Shown here: in pieces, positions 39,112 to 50,440 of the stretch
Layout: every line of letters begins with the position of its first letter
Position numbering within the stretch: position 1 is the first letter of the stretch
Source of the DNA: Felis catus
Taxonomy: Eukaryota
Assembly: GCF_018350175.1 (NCBI RefSeq)
Contig: NC_058368.1
Span: 204,416,001-204,480,000 of the forward strand
Direction of reading: 5' to 3'
Length of the DNA: 64,000 nt
Notes under the pieces: model-generated
The model's database searches: none
Told to the model about the DNA's origin: nothing
Seen by the model: only the letters and a program-made list of their open reading frames with translations
Translations under genes and position numbers: made by a program

Positions 39112-39560
39112 AATAGTGTAAAATGGCATCACACTGTACTACATGCCTCTATTTTTTTCCCAAAAAAACCTCTGCGTGCATGCCTGTGTATGGTTACTCA
39201 AAAACGCAAAGAATAGATATGGAAGGATAAGTAAGAAAATGATGGCAGTAACTGCTTTTGGAGAGATCTACTGAAGTAGAAAAGAGATTCATTTTTCATT
39301 GTCATTTCAGCTTTTATGTCATTTGAGCTTTTGCATTTTAAAAACAGTAAGTCCGATGAAGTCTAGAAATAGCAACAGATTAATTATACTTTAGATGTGT
39401 GGACAGTAGCCTGCAAAGTGCTTTTCCCTGTAAAGTAAGTTATTGCCCTTATTTACACAAACAAGGAAAGAGGCCCAGAGATAAAGCGACCATTTAAGTT
39501 CATCATACTGTCAAATGCTGGAATTGGAGCTGCAATCCAATCTGATTTTCAGACCCACCC

Positions 39561-39612
39561 AGGGCCCCTGAGTGGCTCAGTCAGTTAAGCATCTGACTTC
39601 GGGTCAGGTCAG
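39561..39612 (+). mobile_element. 3'-truncated, tail-less Can-SINE head
   Basis: gggcccctgagtggctcagtcagttaagcatctgacttcgggtcaggtca between 15-bp direct repeats. Confidence 0.75.
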
Positions 39613-39769
39613 GATTTCCAGACCCACATTGTTTCTATAATTCCACATTACCTCTCTGGCAAACGAGGTACTATCATTTAAAGACATGATTAAAGGTCAC
39701 CTTTAGGTTCTCTTTCATATGAGGTGTCCCACTGGTAAATCTGTCAAAAGTTCTGGTATCTCCTCCCAC

Positions 39770-40640
39770 CGCTAAAGTGCTTACCCTTCTATATTTTTCT
39801 AAATTAATAATAAACCTCCAACTACGTAGCCACCCAAACCAAAGAGCTAGGATTTACCCCCATATCTCAATGATCACCAAATCCTGTTGACTCTGCCTCC
39901 TTAATGTTCTTCACATTTCCAACCCTCTTCCACCATCACTGCCTTTACTCAGCCCCTCCTTCTTGCTTAGATTGCTCCAACAGCTTCTTAATTAGACCTT
40001 GTAGGTTTCATCTCGCTCCACTCTATCCTGCCAGTCATCACTCTAAAACAGAAATGTGATCCTGGCTTAAACTTCTTTAAAATGACACAGTTTTCCAAAA
40101 TAAAATCTGAATTCATTTACAGCACTTATGAAAAATAACTATATGATCTTGGCTTTATCTCCCATCACTTTCTCATCTCTTGCCCTTGAACCACTGGTAG
40201 ATTGTCCATGATGCCTAAGTGCATGCCATGTGGGCAGCCCTTCCTAACAGCTACACATGCTGGCATTCCTCAACTTGGACCCAATCCCCCAGCCTCAACC
40301 TACCAGCAGCATTCCAAACAAGTTGCTTACGCTCTTTCCTCTATGCCTGTGCATGCTTCATTCCTGTGCATGCTTCATTTCTTTTGCCTGGAATGCCCAT
40401 CTCCTGGCAAACTCCTTTTCCTTTGGGTGTCATTATAGGGTGAATACTCCAGGAAACCATCCTGGTCTCTTCCATCATAAACAAACAGTACAGGCAGGCA
40501 TTCCCATAAGACTGTGTGCTTACCTCTATTAGCACTTAGCCCGTCACATGTGACTGTGCCTGCTTGTCTCTCCCAACATAACTGTGAGCTCCTTGAAGGC
40601 AGAGACTCTAAAAATTCCTTATCTCCACGACCTAGCAGGT
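39770..40640 (+). mobile_element. L2 fragment
   Basis: tcaccaaatcctgttgactctgcctccttaat...tttgcctggaatgccc...actgtgagctccttgaaggcagagac. Confidence 0.7.
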
Positions 40641-42480
40641 TGGCATTACCATTACTATTTTCCAAATGGAAACAAAATAATTCAGAGGACAAGTAACAGC
40701 CAAAATTTTGCAATTCAAGTCATAGATTATAGCGCATGCTTTAAGAACACTGAAGAAATCAAATCACTAAACTAATAAAAGTATGCAAAATGTGAAACTG
40801 AGGGGGATTTATATATATTTTGAGGGTAGGAAAACAGGAATGGGATTGTTCCTTATCTTTACACTTAGTTTGTTATAAGCAAAAAACGATCCATCCTTCA
40901 TTAACATAAGCACAATTTAAAGCTGTTTACTTATGCTCCTCTTGAATTCACCAAGTCACTGATCACATCTGCAACTATCTTGTTACTAATTACTAATACA
41001 GTTAATTGAGGTTAAATGCCAACAAAAGTTCAGTTTGCTTTATGTGTTAAACTGTTCTTCAAATTGACATCTAGTTCTATAATTTGTAACAACGTAATTA
41101 TCTCACATAATTTTAAAGATAAAGACATATAATATACTTTAGCTCTATATTCTGTGTTTAATCCAAAATACAACGTATAGGACTTGAAAGGCACATTTTA
41201 ACTTCCAAAATAGTCTGTGTTGCCTGTTTTCTACAGGCAAGTTATCAGGTTATGTTTTAGGTAAAAGAGACAATTGCTTCTACTTTTACAATGCTAGAAA
41301 ATAATATGAAAGTGACTGATTATCTGTTGGGACACAGGAAACCCTTATTAAAACACACTAGTTACCAATTAACATTTATTTACTAGTTTAATGGTACAGC
41401 GATCGTTTTTGCAAAACTACAATAAAATAGATGAATATTTGTTTTAAGGACTAAAAACTATTACTATAGGCAGTTTCTAAATATACAATATACCTCTATG
41501 TTTGAAAATCAGAAAGCATTTTCCCAAAAGGTTTCATAAACACCTATTAGTTACCCAAACCAGTACCCTAAAGCTTTTTACATCTATACTAGATGAAATT
41601 AAAGTATGAGATTCTCTTGTTATTCATGTAACCACTAAGTATTGATCCTAGGCATTTATTCAGTCCCCGAGTATGGATACTAAACATTTAAGTGAGGGAT
41701 GCCACATTTATCTGAATCTATCCGCTTCCTGAATTTCAAGTAGTATACAGCAAGCAACTCAGGACAGCAAGGAAATCTATGAAAAAATTGCTTCAAAATT
41801 CTCCAAACTCCAGCAAAGAGAAAGATTTTGAATAGTATGGAACCCCTGTGTTGTCTTCACTGTATTAAACAATCTAGACAGCATTAGCCACCACAGAGAA
41901 CTTGGGAACACGTGTCCAGAGTCTGACACTTGGCACATCTTATCCATTGCTCTCCCCACACCCGAGATTCAAAGCATTGGCAGAAGCTCCTGTGTGTGGC
42001 ACAGGAGACTTAGCAAAGAGGCTTGAGAGGCAGAAGGACGGGGTGTCTGACAGGACAAAAACAGGCACAGGAGATGGATGCAGAGCTATAAGGACCAGAG
42101 GCCGAGTGGGACACTCCCTGGAATCACTCCTGCATGCCTGAGATGGCTCCCACGAGGAAGGCAAAAAGACTTTACCTTTCTCATCCCCTTTGCTGTCCAT
42201 CAGTGCCAACACTGTGTGCCCTCGGAGAGGGGTGGGAAGATGAACATATGCTGACTACTTCACCACCAGGTCATAACAGGTGACCAAGTGTACACAAATG
42301 GATAAACATGCCAGGGATTTTTGTAAACATATTGATCTATGTAACATATAAATGAGATAGGAAATGTAAAAAAAGGAACAGTGAAGTTTCCCTATAATTA
42401 GGATTTCATAATTTATCATCCTTGGTAAGTAATCACAAGCTGTGTTATATGTATTTGTTTTAAAAATATAAAAACTGGTC

Positions 42481-43355
42481 CTGTAAAACAAATAATCCAG
42501 TGAAGAAATGGGCAGAAGACATGAAGAGACACTTTCCAAAGAAGACATCCAGATGGCCAACAGGCACATGAAAAGATGCTCAATGTCACTCCTCATCAGG
42601 GAAATACAAATCCAAACCACACTGAGATACCACCTCATGGCGGTTAGAGTGGCTAAAATGAACAAATCAGGAGACTATAGATGCTGGAGAGGATGTGGAG
42701 AAATGGGAACCCTCTTGCACTGCTGGTGGGAATGCAAACTGGTGCAGCTGCTCTGGAAAACAGTGTGGAGGTTCCTCAAAAAATTAAAAACAGAACTACC
42801 CTATGACCCAGCAATAGCACTGCTAGGAATTTACCCAAGGGATACAGGAGTGCTGAAGCATAGGGGCACCTGTACCCCAGTGTTTATAGCAGCACTTTCA
42901 ACAATAGCCAAATTATGGAAAGAGCCTAAATGTCCATCAACTGACGAATGGATAAGGAAGATGTGGTTTATATATACAATGGACTACTACTTGGCAGTGC
43001 GAAAGAATGAAATCTGGCCATTTGCAGCAACGTGGATGGAACCGGAGGGTATTATGCTAAGTGCAGTCAGTCTGCTGAGTGCAGATATTGTATGTTTTCA
43101 CTCATATGTGGATCCTGAGAAACTGAACAGAAGACCATGGGGGAAAGGAAGAGGGGAAAAATAGTTACAAACAGAGAGGGAGGGAGGCAAACCATAAGAG
43201 ACTCTTAAATACAGAGAACAGGGTTGATGGGGGGTGGGGAAGAGGGGAAAGTGGGTGATGGGCATTGAGGTGGGCACCTTTTGGGATGAGCACTGGGTAT
43301 TGTATGTAAGCCAATTTGACAATAAATTGTATTTAAAAAATAAAAATGGACCAGG

Positions 43356-43367
<12 letters not shown>
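42481..43367 (+). mobile_element. Felid L1 3' fragment in a ZNF131 intron (antisense to the gene)
   Basis: ORF 42508..43164 is the L1 ORF2 C-terminus ([22 protein letters not shown]); 3' UTR; TSD-like atataaaaactgg / atataaaaattgg. Confidence 0.93.
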
Positions 43368-43386
<19 letters not shown>

Positions 43387-43620
43387 ATTGGCAAGGTGCA
43401 AGAGTGACAACTACTTTCAAAGTTGATACTGATTTTGCTTTTAAAGTATCAATATTTCAACAAACTAATACCAAAAGAACAATGTGAACTCAACCTGCAT
43501 ATTAGAAAAAACAGGAGATGGTTTCTGTGGTTAAAAAAAAAAAAAAAAAAGGATTTAGACATTGAGACCTGAAGTGAATGTGGAAAAATATACTTTTAAC
43601 ATAAAGTATTTGCTAATTAC

Positions 43621-44306
43621 CTGTATGTTTTCGAAGATGCTCTTTAAAATGTCCAAAGTGGTCAAACTGTTTTTCACAGTATTGACATATGTGAATTTTT
43701 TTCCCAGTTCTTTGCTTCTTACTGACTCCACCTTCTTCGAGGTGGTAACAGTTGAGGTGCTGTTTCCATGCGCTCTCCCGAAGATACCTTTTATTGCATA
43801 TTTCACACTTGAAACTCTCAGTGGAGTGTGATTTCATGTGTTCCTTAAAATGGTAAAACAATTTAAATGAACGGTTACATTTCTCACAATGGAACAAGTC
43901 CTTCACATGTGACAGCTGAAGTTCCACAATTTCAATACCTTCTACCTGTTTGCTTGTGGGGTCAGATGCACAACCATCTTCTTCCTTAATCTGCCCTTTC
44001 CTATCACCTTGACGGTACTTGCTGGTAATATCTGCCAACAGTGCCAGGGCGGAATCATCAGAAGAACCTGTGCTCTGAATGTACTTTATGGACTGTTTGG
44101 CAGAAGCCACTTCCTCCAACGTTTCGATGCCTTCATCTTCCACTTCGATGGTGCCTTCGGCAATCTCCACCTCAATCTCAACAGGTTCTGACTCTGCAGA
44201 TGGCAATGACTCAGTGATAACATTTGAAGTTTCTGCAATCTTTCTTTTTTTTGCCTCGCTTTTTCCTGTGGTATTTTCCTCTAGTGGAGCTGAGTTTTCT
44301 TTGTTC
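43621..44306 (-). CDS. ZNF131: ZNF131 coding exon 4 (acidic linker, KKRK basic motif, C2H2 fingers 1-3)
   Basis: NKENSAPLEE...CEKCNRSFKLFYHFKEHMKSH...CEICNKRYLRESAWKQHLNCYH...CQYCEKQFDHFGHFKEHLRKHT-G (ORF 43613..44317); acceptor tttcag, donor CAG|GTAATT; 686 nt. Confidence 0.97.
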
Positions 44307-44344
44307 CTGAAATACATAATGTATGGATTTAAAAATCTGTAAGG

Positions 44345-45270
44345 TCAATCAAATTCCTAGCAGGCTTTTGGAAAGAACTGGTAAGCTCAAAGTAAAATTT
44401 ATATGGAAAGGCAAAACACCAGCCTGGACGACTTATATTACCTGATTTCAAGACTTAATGTAGAATGCAGGGAGTTAAGATGCGACACTGGTGAAAGGAC
44501 AGACAAGGCGTGAAGATTCGTGGGACAGAATGAAGTTCATCAATAGACCCACACTTATTCAGTTAACTGATTTTTGAAAAAAAGGCTCCAAGGTAATTTA
44601 ATGGAGGAAAGAATGTTTTAACAGTGGTACTGGAACAACTGGTCTTTAAATGGAGAAAATAAATCTCAACCGTCACTTTCAAATCATACCCCCCAAAATT
44701 AATTAAAATGGATCACAGACTTTAATGGAAGAACTAAAACAATTAAACTTCTAGAAAAAATAGGAGAAAATCTTTGTAACATTGGGTTACTAAAAGATTT
44801 CTTAGAGGCGCCTGGGTGGCTCAGTCGGTTGGGCGTCCGACTTCAGCTCAGGTCATGATCTCGCGGTCCGTGAGTTCGAGCCCCGCATCGGGCTCTGGGC
44901 TGACAGCTCAGAGCCTAGAGCCTGGAGCCTGTTTCGGATTCTGTGTCTCCCTCTCTCTCTGACCCTCCCCTGCTCGTGCTCTGTCTCTCTCTGTCTCAAA
45001 AATAAATAAATGTTTAAAAAAAAAAATTAAAAAAAAAACATTTCTTAAATAGCACACAAAAACAGAAACCTTAATAGCAAAAATTAACAAAAGAGATTTC
45101 ATCAAAATTAAAAACTTCTGCCCTTTGAAATAGTTAACAAAAAGGCAAGCCACAAACCAAACAAATGGCAAACCACAGACCAGAACATGGGCACACGTAT
45201 ATCTGCCAAAGGTCTTATATAGACAGTATAAAAAGAACTGCCACAATCCAATAAACACAAAGAAGATAAC
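44345..45270 (+). mobile_element. Old L1 (L1M) ORF2 fragment, left part
   Basis: L1 ORF2-like sequence (aaaatttatatggaaa, ttcatcaaaattaaaaacttctg); continues at 52365 after the provirus. Confidence 0.8.
44805..45034 (+). mobile_element. Can-SINE in L1
   Basis: Flanks aaagatttctta / aaacatttctta. Confidence 0.93.
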
Positions 45271-45759
45271 TATTAGGTGACAATTATCCATGAGTCTCAT
45301 GTTTCTGCACATCTTCTGAACTGACAGCTTTTGTTCTGGACTCTCTTCAAAGATGTCTGCAGTAGAGCCAGCAATCTGGAAAGACAGAGAGTATGGCTCC
45401 CTCTAGAGCAGAGGGCAGCTGTGTTTACTGTCCATATAATAATATCCCCCTTTGGGCAACGTCAGTCAGGTTTGCTTGCAGCCTGTTATCTAAGATTGGG
45501 CTTCCTAAGCTGGAGTTTCTTCGGCTGTGATGTAAACCAACCATATGCACAGCTTTCACCTGGGCCACTCTATGTCACCCCTGTGAGGGAGAAGGAAAAA
45601 CTGGCACAAATACAAAACTCATGCTGCTTGCTGTGCAAAAAAGAAAATCTTTCTAACCTAAAAGTCTCATACCCTCTATCAGTATCTATGAAAACTGTGC
45701 AGGATAAACTGTTGGCTTGCAAATAGGGTAACATCTCAGATCTGTCACAGTTCTTGCCA
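45271..45759 (+). mobile_element. 5' LTR of the class III provirus (LTR40-like)
   Basis: tattaggtgacaatt...ctcatgtttctgcac...ttttgttctgga...aaatagggtaacatctcaga...cacagttcttgcca aligns by eye to 51899-52364. Confidence 0.8.
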
Positions 45760-45935
45760 GGTTTTGGCAACAAGGACAAGATGATGAAAAAGAGCAGGTT
45801 TACCAGAAGACAAAGAATCAGGCCTCACAGAGCAATTAATGGGATCTGAGGAAGTCCATTGGTGCTGGCAATAAACATGTTGACCAAACTGCACAATCAA
45901 GTGGGCAATGCGTCATCTTCCATTTAGTTGCTGAC

Positions 45936-46384
45936 TGCTTTGAGTTAAACTGTGTCCCTCAAAAAGATATACTGAAGTCCTGACCCCTCATACCTGTGAA
46001 TGTAATCTTATTTGGGAATCAGTCTTTGTAGATGTAATCAAGGATGAGGTCATTAGAGTGGGCCTCCTCTAATACAACTCCGTCCTTGTAAGTAGAGGTT
46101 CATTTGGGCACACACACGAGAAAGCCATACAAAGAGACAGAAGACAGCAACGTGAATGAAGATGTGGGCAAAGACTGCAGTCATACTGCCACAAGCCAAG
46201 AACACCTGGGGCTCACAGAAGCTAGAACAGGCAAGGAAGGATCTTCCCCTACAGGCTTTTGAAGGAACATGGCCCTTTCAATACCATGGTTTAAAATTTC
46301 TAGCCTCCAGAACTGTGAGACAATAAATTTCTGTTATACCCAGTTTGTGGTACTTTGTTAGGGCAGCCTCAGAAAACTAAAACA
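45936..46384 (+). mobile_element. MaLR solo LTR (MLT1-type) nested in the provirus
   Basis: aactgtgtccctcaaaaagatat...gcctccagaactgtgagacaataaatttctgtt...gcagcctcagaaaactaaaaca, typical of MLT1. Confidence 0.8.
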
Positions 46385-47104
46385 TCTATTAATGAGGAAA
46401 AACTAGGAGGGTGGTTGCAGGATGAATACTAGAGAGTAAGTTCAAGGACAGCTGCTAGAATGGTTCCTGGTTGTTGCAAACTCTCCCAGTGTTGGAAGAG
46501 GACCTCTCTGCCAACCTAGTGGTCTGTTGTAAGTGCAATCCATCAAAACAACTAAGATCCACAGGTGGGAACAGGGGTGGAGACAGAAGGTTCCACCCCT
46601 TTACAGACAAGTTATCTAAACCAAGGGTGACAAGAGGGAAATTTGCAACTGCTACTAACAAAAACAAGTTGAGTCATTAGAACTTTGGCTGGTCCACATG
46701 AGAGATGAAGGGCAACACGATGCTTGCCAAGGAAGAATGGCAACACCTGGGCAGGGCTCTCTCTCCTGCAGTGTCACATCTACCTTAGATTCATTTGTTG
46801 GAGAGGACAGTAAAAGGTCTCGGGTTTTTTCCTGCAGTGTGTCTTGGCTGCCATAAAGGTGCCATGGTGCTCTTGGGGAGATTTCTCGGAGACAAACTCC
46901 CGTGATAAAGCACTGTCTAGTAACTCTTCTTGCCAACTGGATTTTACAATGCTCATGAAGATGAGTCACTGGGGAATAAGAATCCAAAATGATATAAATT
47001 CCTGTGGTCAAGCCTCCTGAAAATCCCAACTTTTATGTTAAACCAGGTAAAAACATAAGAGATGATTTATAACAACAGGGCAGCAAATGTCTAGGATTAA
47101 GGTA

Positions 47105-47255
47105 TACTTTTTAAGAAACAGAGTGCGAGTTGGGGAGGGAAAGAATCCTAAGCAGGCTCCATGCTCAGCACAGAGCCTGATGTGAGGCTTGGCCCCATGA
47201 CCTGAGGTAAAATCAAGAGTCCAACACTCAACCGACTGAGCCAGCCAGGCACCCT
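47105..47255 (-). mobile_element. Can-SINE in the provirus
   Basis: Reverse-complement head ...aaccgactgagccagccaggcaccct. Confidence 0.85.
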
Positions 47256-48252
47256 GAACGTACACACTTTAAAGCTCACTGGCATGGAGTTACTTTCTCC
47301 CTCCATATCTCTTTCTCTTCTACCTCCCCTCGCCTGATGCCTTGACTTCACCAGCTTGGAGGAAGATAATGAGGGGTGGAGCCAAGGTCTCCCTGTTTCC
47401 AAGGGTATAGTGAAGACCCCCATATACGTATCCAAGTATGCTGAGGGAAACTCAGGAATGGAAGAGACTCAAACTTTAATGGCTCCATTAGATTCAGGTG
47501 TCCAACTAACCATCCTATCACAGGGAGAGGAGGCACTTACATTCAAGGTTTAGGGGTTTAGGCAAAGTTCACAGCAGGAAAGGGAGGCTGTCATAACCCT
47601 GTGGGTAGAGCCGATTCTACATACTGGTGTTGCCTTGACATCTGAATGTATAGCAGGAATTGGTATGGTATTTACATTGCTCTATTCTGTAAGCACCAGA
47701 GATAGACTGTCCCAAACGGAAAATAGCCACAGGTAGAGAGGAGCTATTGGAAGAAACTCCCCTGACAGATGCCACCAACAGCTGGTCAAGGTTTAGCACA
47801 AGTGTCTCTATCTTGTGATGCCTAAAGTTTACACTATATGGATGTCCTGTTGACTTATAAGCTATAAGTCTGTCTCAAAGGCCCTGATTTCAGTGTTATC
47901 ACACCTCCATCAGTAGGTGTTGCTGATAAACCCCCAACAAAATTCAGAGGCCTATTCACCGAGTGACGTTTCTTGGGACTAAGTGAGTAGATTCACAACA
48001 CCCAATCCCTCCAGCAGTAAAAGAAAAACTGTTCCTTCACCTCCTTCCTCTCCCTACTAAAAATGATGATCAGCATCTTATTGTACTTTCTGGGGATATT
48101 GGAGACAGCATGTACCTCACTCGGGCATCCTACTCCTTTGTATCGGCTCATCTGCAAATCAGCATCTTCTAAGTGAGGCTCTAATCAAAAGGCTGCACTG
48201 GAAGTTGTCCATCAAGCTGTGGTACATTCTCTACTTCGGAGGTCCTATAACT

Positions 48253-48467
48253 TTTTTTTTTTAAACGTTTTATTTATTTTTGAGACAGAGAGAGACAGAG
48301 CATGAACGGGGAAGGGGCAGAGAGAGAGGGAGACACAGAATCAGAAACAGGCTCCAGGCTCTGAGCCATCAGCCCAGAGCCTGATGCGGGGCTCGAACTC
48401 ACGGACCGCAAGATCGTGACCTGAGCCGAAGTCGGACGCTTAACCGACTGAGCCACCCAGGCGCCCC
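48253..48467 (-). mobile_element. Can-SINE in proviral pol
   Basis: TSD gtcctataact 48242-48252 / 48468-48478. Confidence 0.95.
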
Positions 48468-50217
48468 GTCCTATAACTCTTAATGACCCCTCTGAACTAC
48501 AAGTCTGACACTGATGCTTTTGCAGAGTAGAGCTTCTGACCAAGGGAGGCAGGCTCCACCCACAAGGTAGACCTTGTAGTTTTGTACTGGTCAATTCCCT
48601 GACACATCTGCACGGCATACTCCCTTTGAAAAGAAAGGATCAGTGTGCTGTTGGGCTCTTGTTGAAACTGATGCCTGATTCAGTGAGGCTTTGAGGCTCT
48701 CTAGCCTGATATTGCCATTTGGGAGCACGTCAACTAGGACTTTAACGAATAGCAAGGTAAAACAAGCCCGCTAAGTCTCATTTCTCAAAATAAGGCTCAT
48801 TTCTCAAAATAAGATACTCAAGAAAGCAATTGACCTCTTGGCTCTACATGGGGGGAGGGGGGGGGAAGGTTGCTCCCTCACTCTGATGCCCAAAGAAAGC
48901 CACTAGATCAATGGGGTTTTTGATTCACTAATGGCTTGGCTAAACTCACGACTGATGGTATTCCCTGGGCTGCTGCAAATGCTCAGCTTTAGCACCAACT
49001 ACACAAAACCAAAAGTGGATGCAGTTGCTGTGCTCAGAAGGCAGAACTCAAAAGCTTTCTTCATAGCTCTAGACAACATTCTCCACAATGAACCATGTTA
49101 TACTGTATTGACTCCTGGGCTGCTGCCAGTGGCCTAGCTGTTTGGAAGACACAGAAATCTTGGCAGAATAAAGACCTCTATCTTCAGGACCACAACTGTG
49201 GAAACAAATAGCAGCTGCTGATCAAAACTATCTGGATCACTGATTCATGCCCATGGTAAGGGCCCATTCTCTACCAACCAGATACCAACCAGAAGGAAGA
49301 GGCTGATCAAGGCTGCACTGCCTAGACTTCCATCACGGACTCCTAGGATCCAATATTATTCTGAACATGGTGACATATCCACCATCATAGATTAAGCATA
49401 AAGTAGCCTATGTTTCTAATGTGGAAGTTGCCACTGGATGCCAGACTTGTGACACCCACCGAAAGCTGGCCTGTTTGTCTCACCGTGAAGGAGGCCACTG
49501 GACCTCTGACCCCACTTTAGAGCCATCAGTACTGCCTCACCAGTGTTGACACTTTTTAAGGTCACAATGCTGCGGTTCCAGACTGATCTGTTGGTTCTGG
49601 CCACCCCACTGTGGCCCCTGAGACTAATCTGTGTCTTGTTTAGCTTTCTAGATCATTTGCAGTCTGATAATTTTGTGCCAAAACCTACTCAATAACTGGC
49701 TAACAGTCAAGGTATTGAGGAACCCTTTAAGCTCCCCACCATCCACAGACACTTGTAATACAGACAGCATGGCAAAGCCTCCTCAAACACTGACTCAGGA
49801 AGATTTCCAACTCTACTTCCCTCCCATCCTTTGTCCAAAAATCTGAGTAAGGCACTTTGTGATGACCAGACTCAGCTGTCCCCAGAAAGGGATTATCTCT
49901 TCTCATCTGCTTCCTGGGTAATGATCAAGACAAAAATGGGTGGAAAGTTATAGAAGCCTAATTGGAAATTTGAATTCTGCCCTGACCATTCTTAGACACA
50001 ATCCTTTTCTTTCCCACCACAATGGCAACCCCGGCACAGCCTGGTTGGTATCTCTTCCCGGTGACAGCCTAGTCAAAAGTGGGCTTAGGAGATTCAAACT
50101 TAATTCTAGTTCAGCCATCTGGAGTCTCTTTTTGAACTAACATCATCTTACATCCTAAAATAATGACCACTTGGCTGAATATACTGGTTGCCAAGTACAC
50201 TTAAGACTGCCCTTGTG

Positions 50218-50440
50218 GGCGCCTGGGTGGCGCAGTTGGTTAAGCGTCCGACTTCAGCCAGGTCACGATCTCGCGGTCCGTGAGTTCGAGCCCCGCGTCA
50301 GGCTCTGGGCTGATGGCTCAGAGCCTGGAGCCTGTTTCAGATTCTGTGTCTCCCTCTCTCTCTGTCCCTCCCCTGTTCATGCTCTGTCTCTCTCTGTCCC
50401 AAAAATAAATAAACGTTGAAAAAAAATTTTTTTTTAAAAA
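50218..50440 (+). mobile_element. Young Can-SINE in the provirus
   Basis: TSD aagactgcccttgtg 50203-50217 / 50441-50455. Confidence 0.95.

Noticed and set aside
40346..40379. Short tandem duplications (17 bp here; similar near 8088-8140, 48777-48812, 62805-62833)
   Set aside because: Two-copy slippage duplications without spacers; not CRISPR-like or otherwise structured.
42508..43164. 218-aa ORF
   Set aside because: L1 ORF2 C-terminal fragment from a 5'-truncated insertion, not a host gene.
46655..47029. 124-aa minus-strand ORF, considered as a possible retrocopy
   Set aside because: It is the antisense of the proviral gag remnant; no tail, TSD or recognisable protein.
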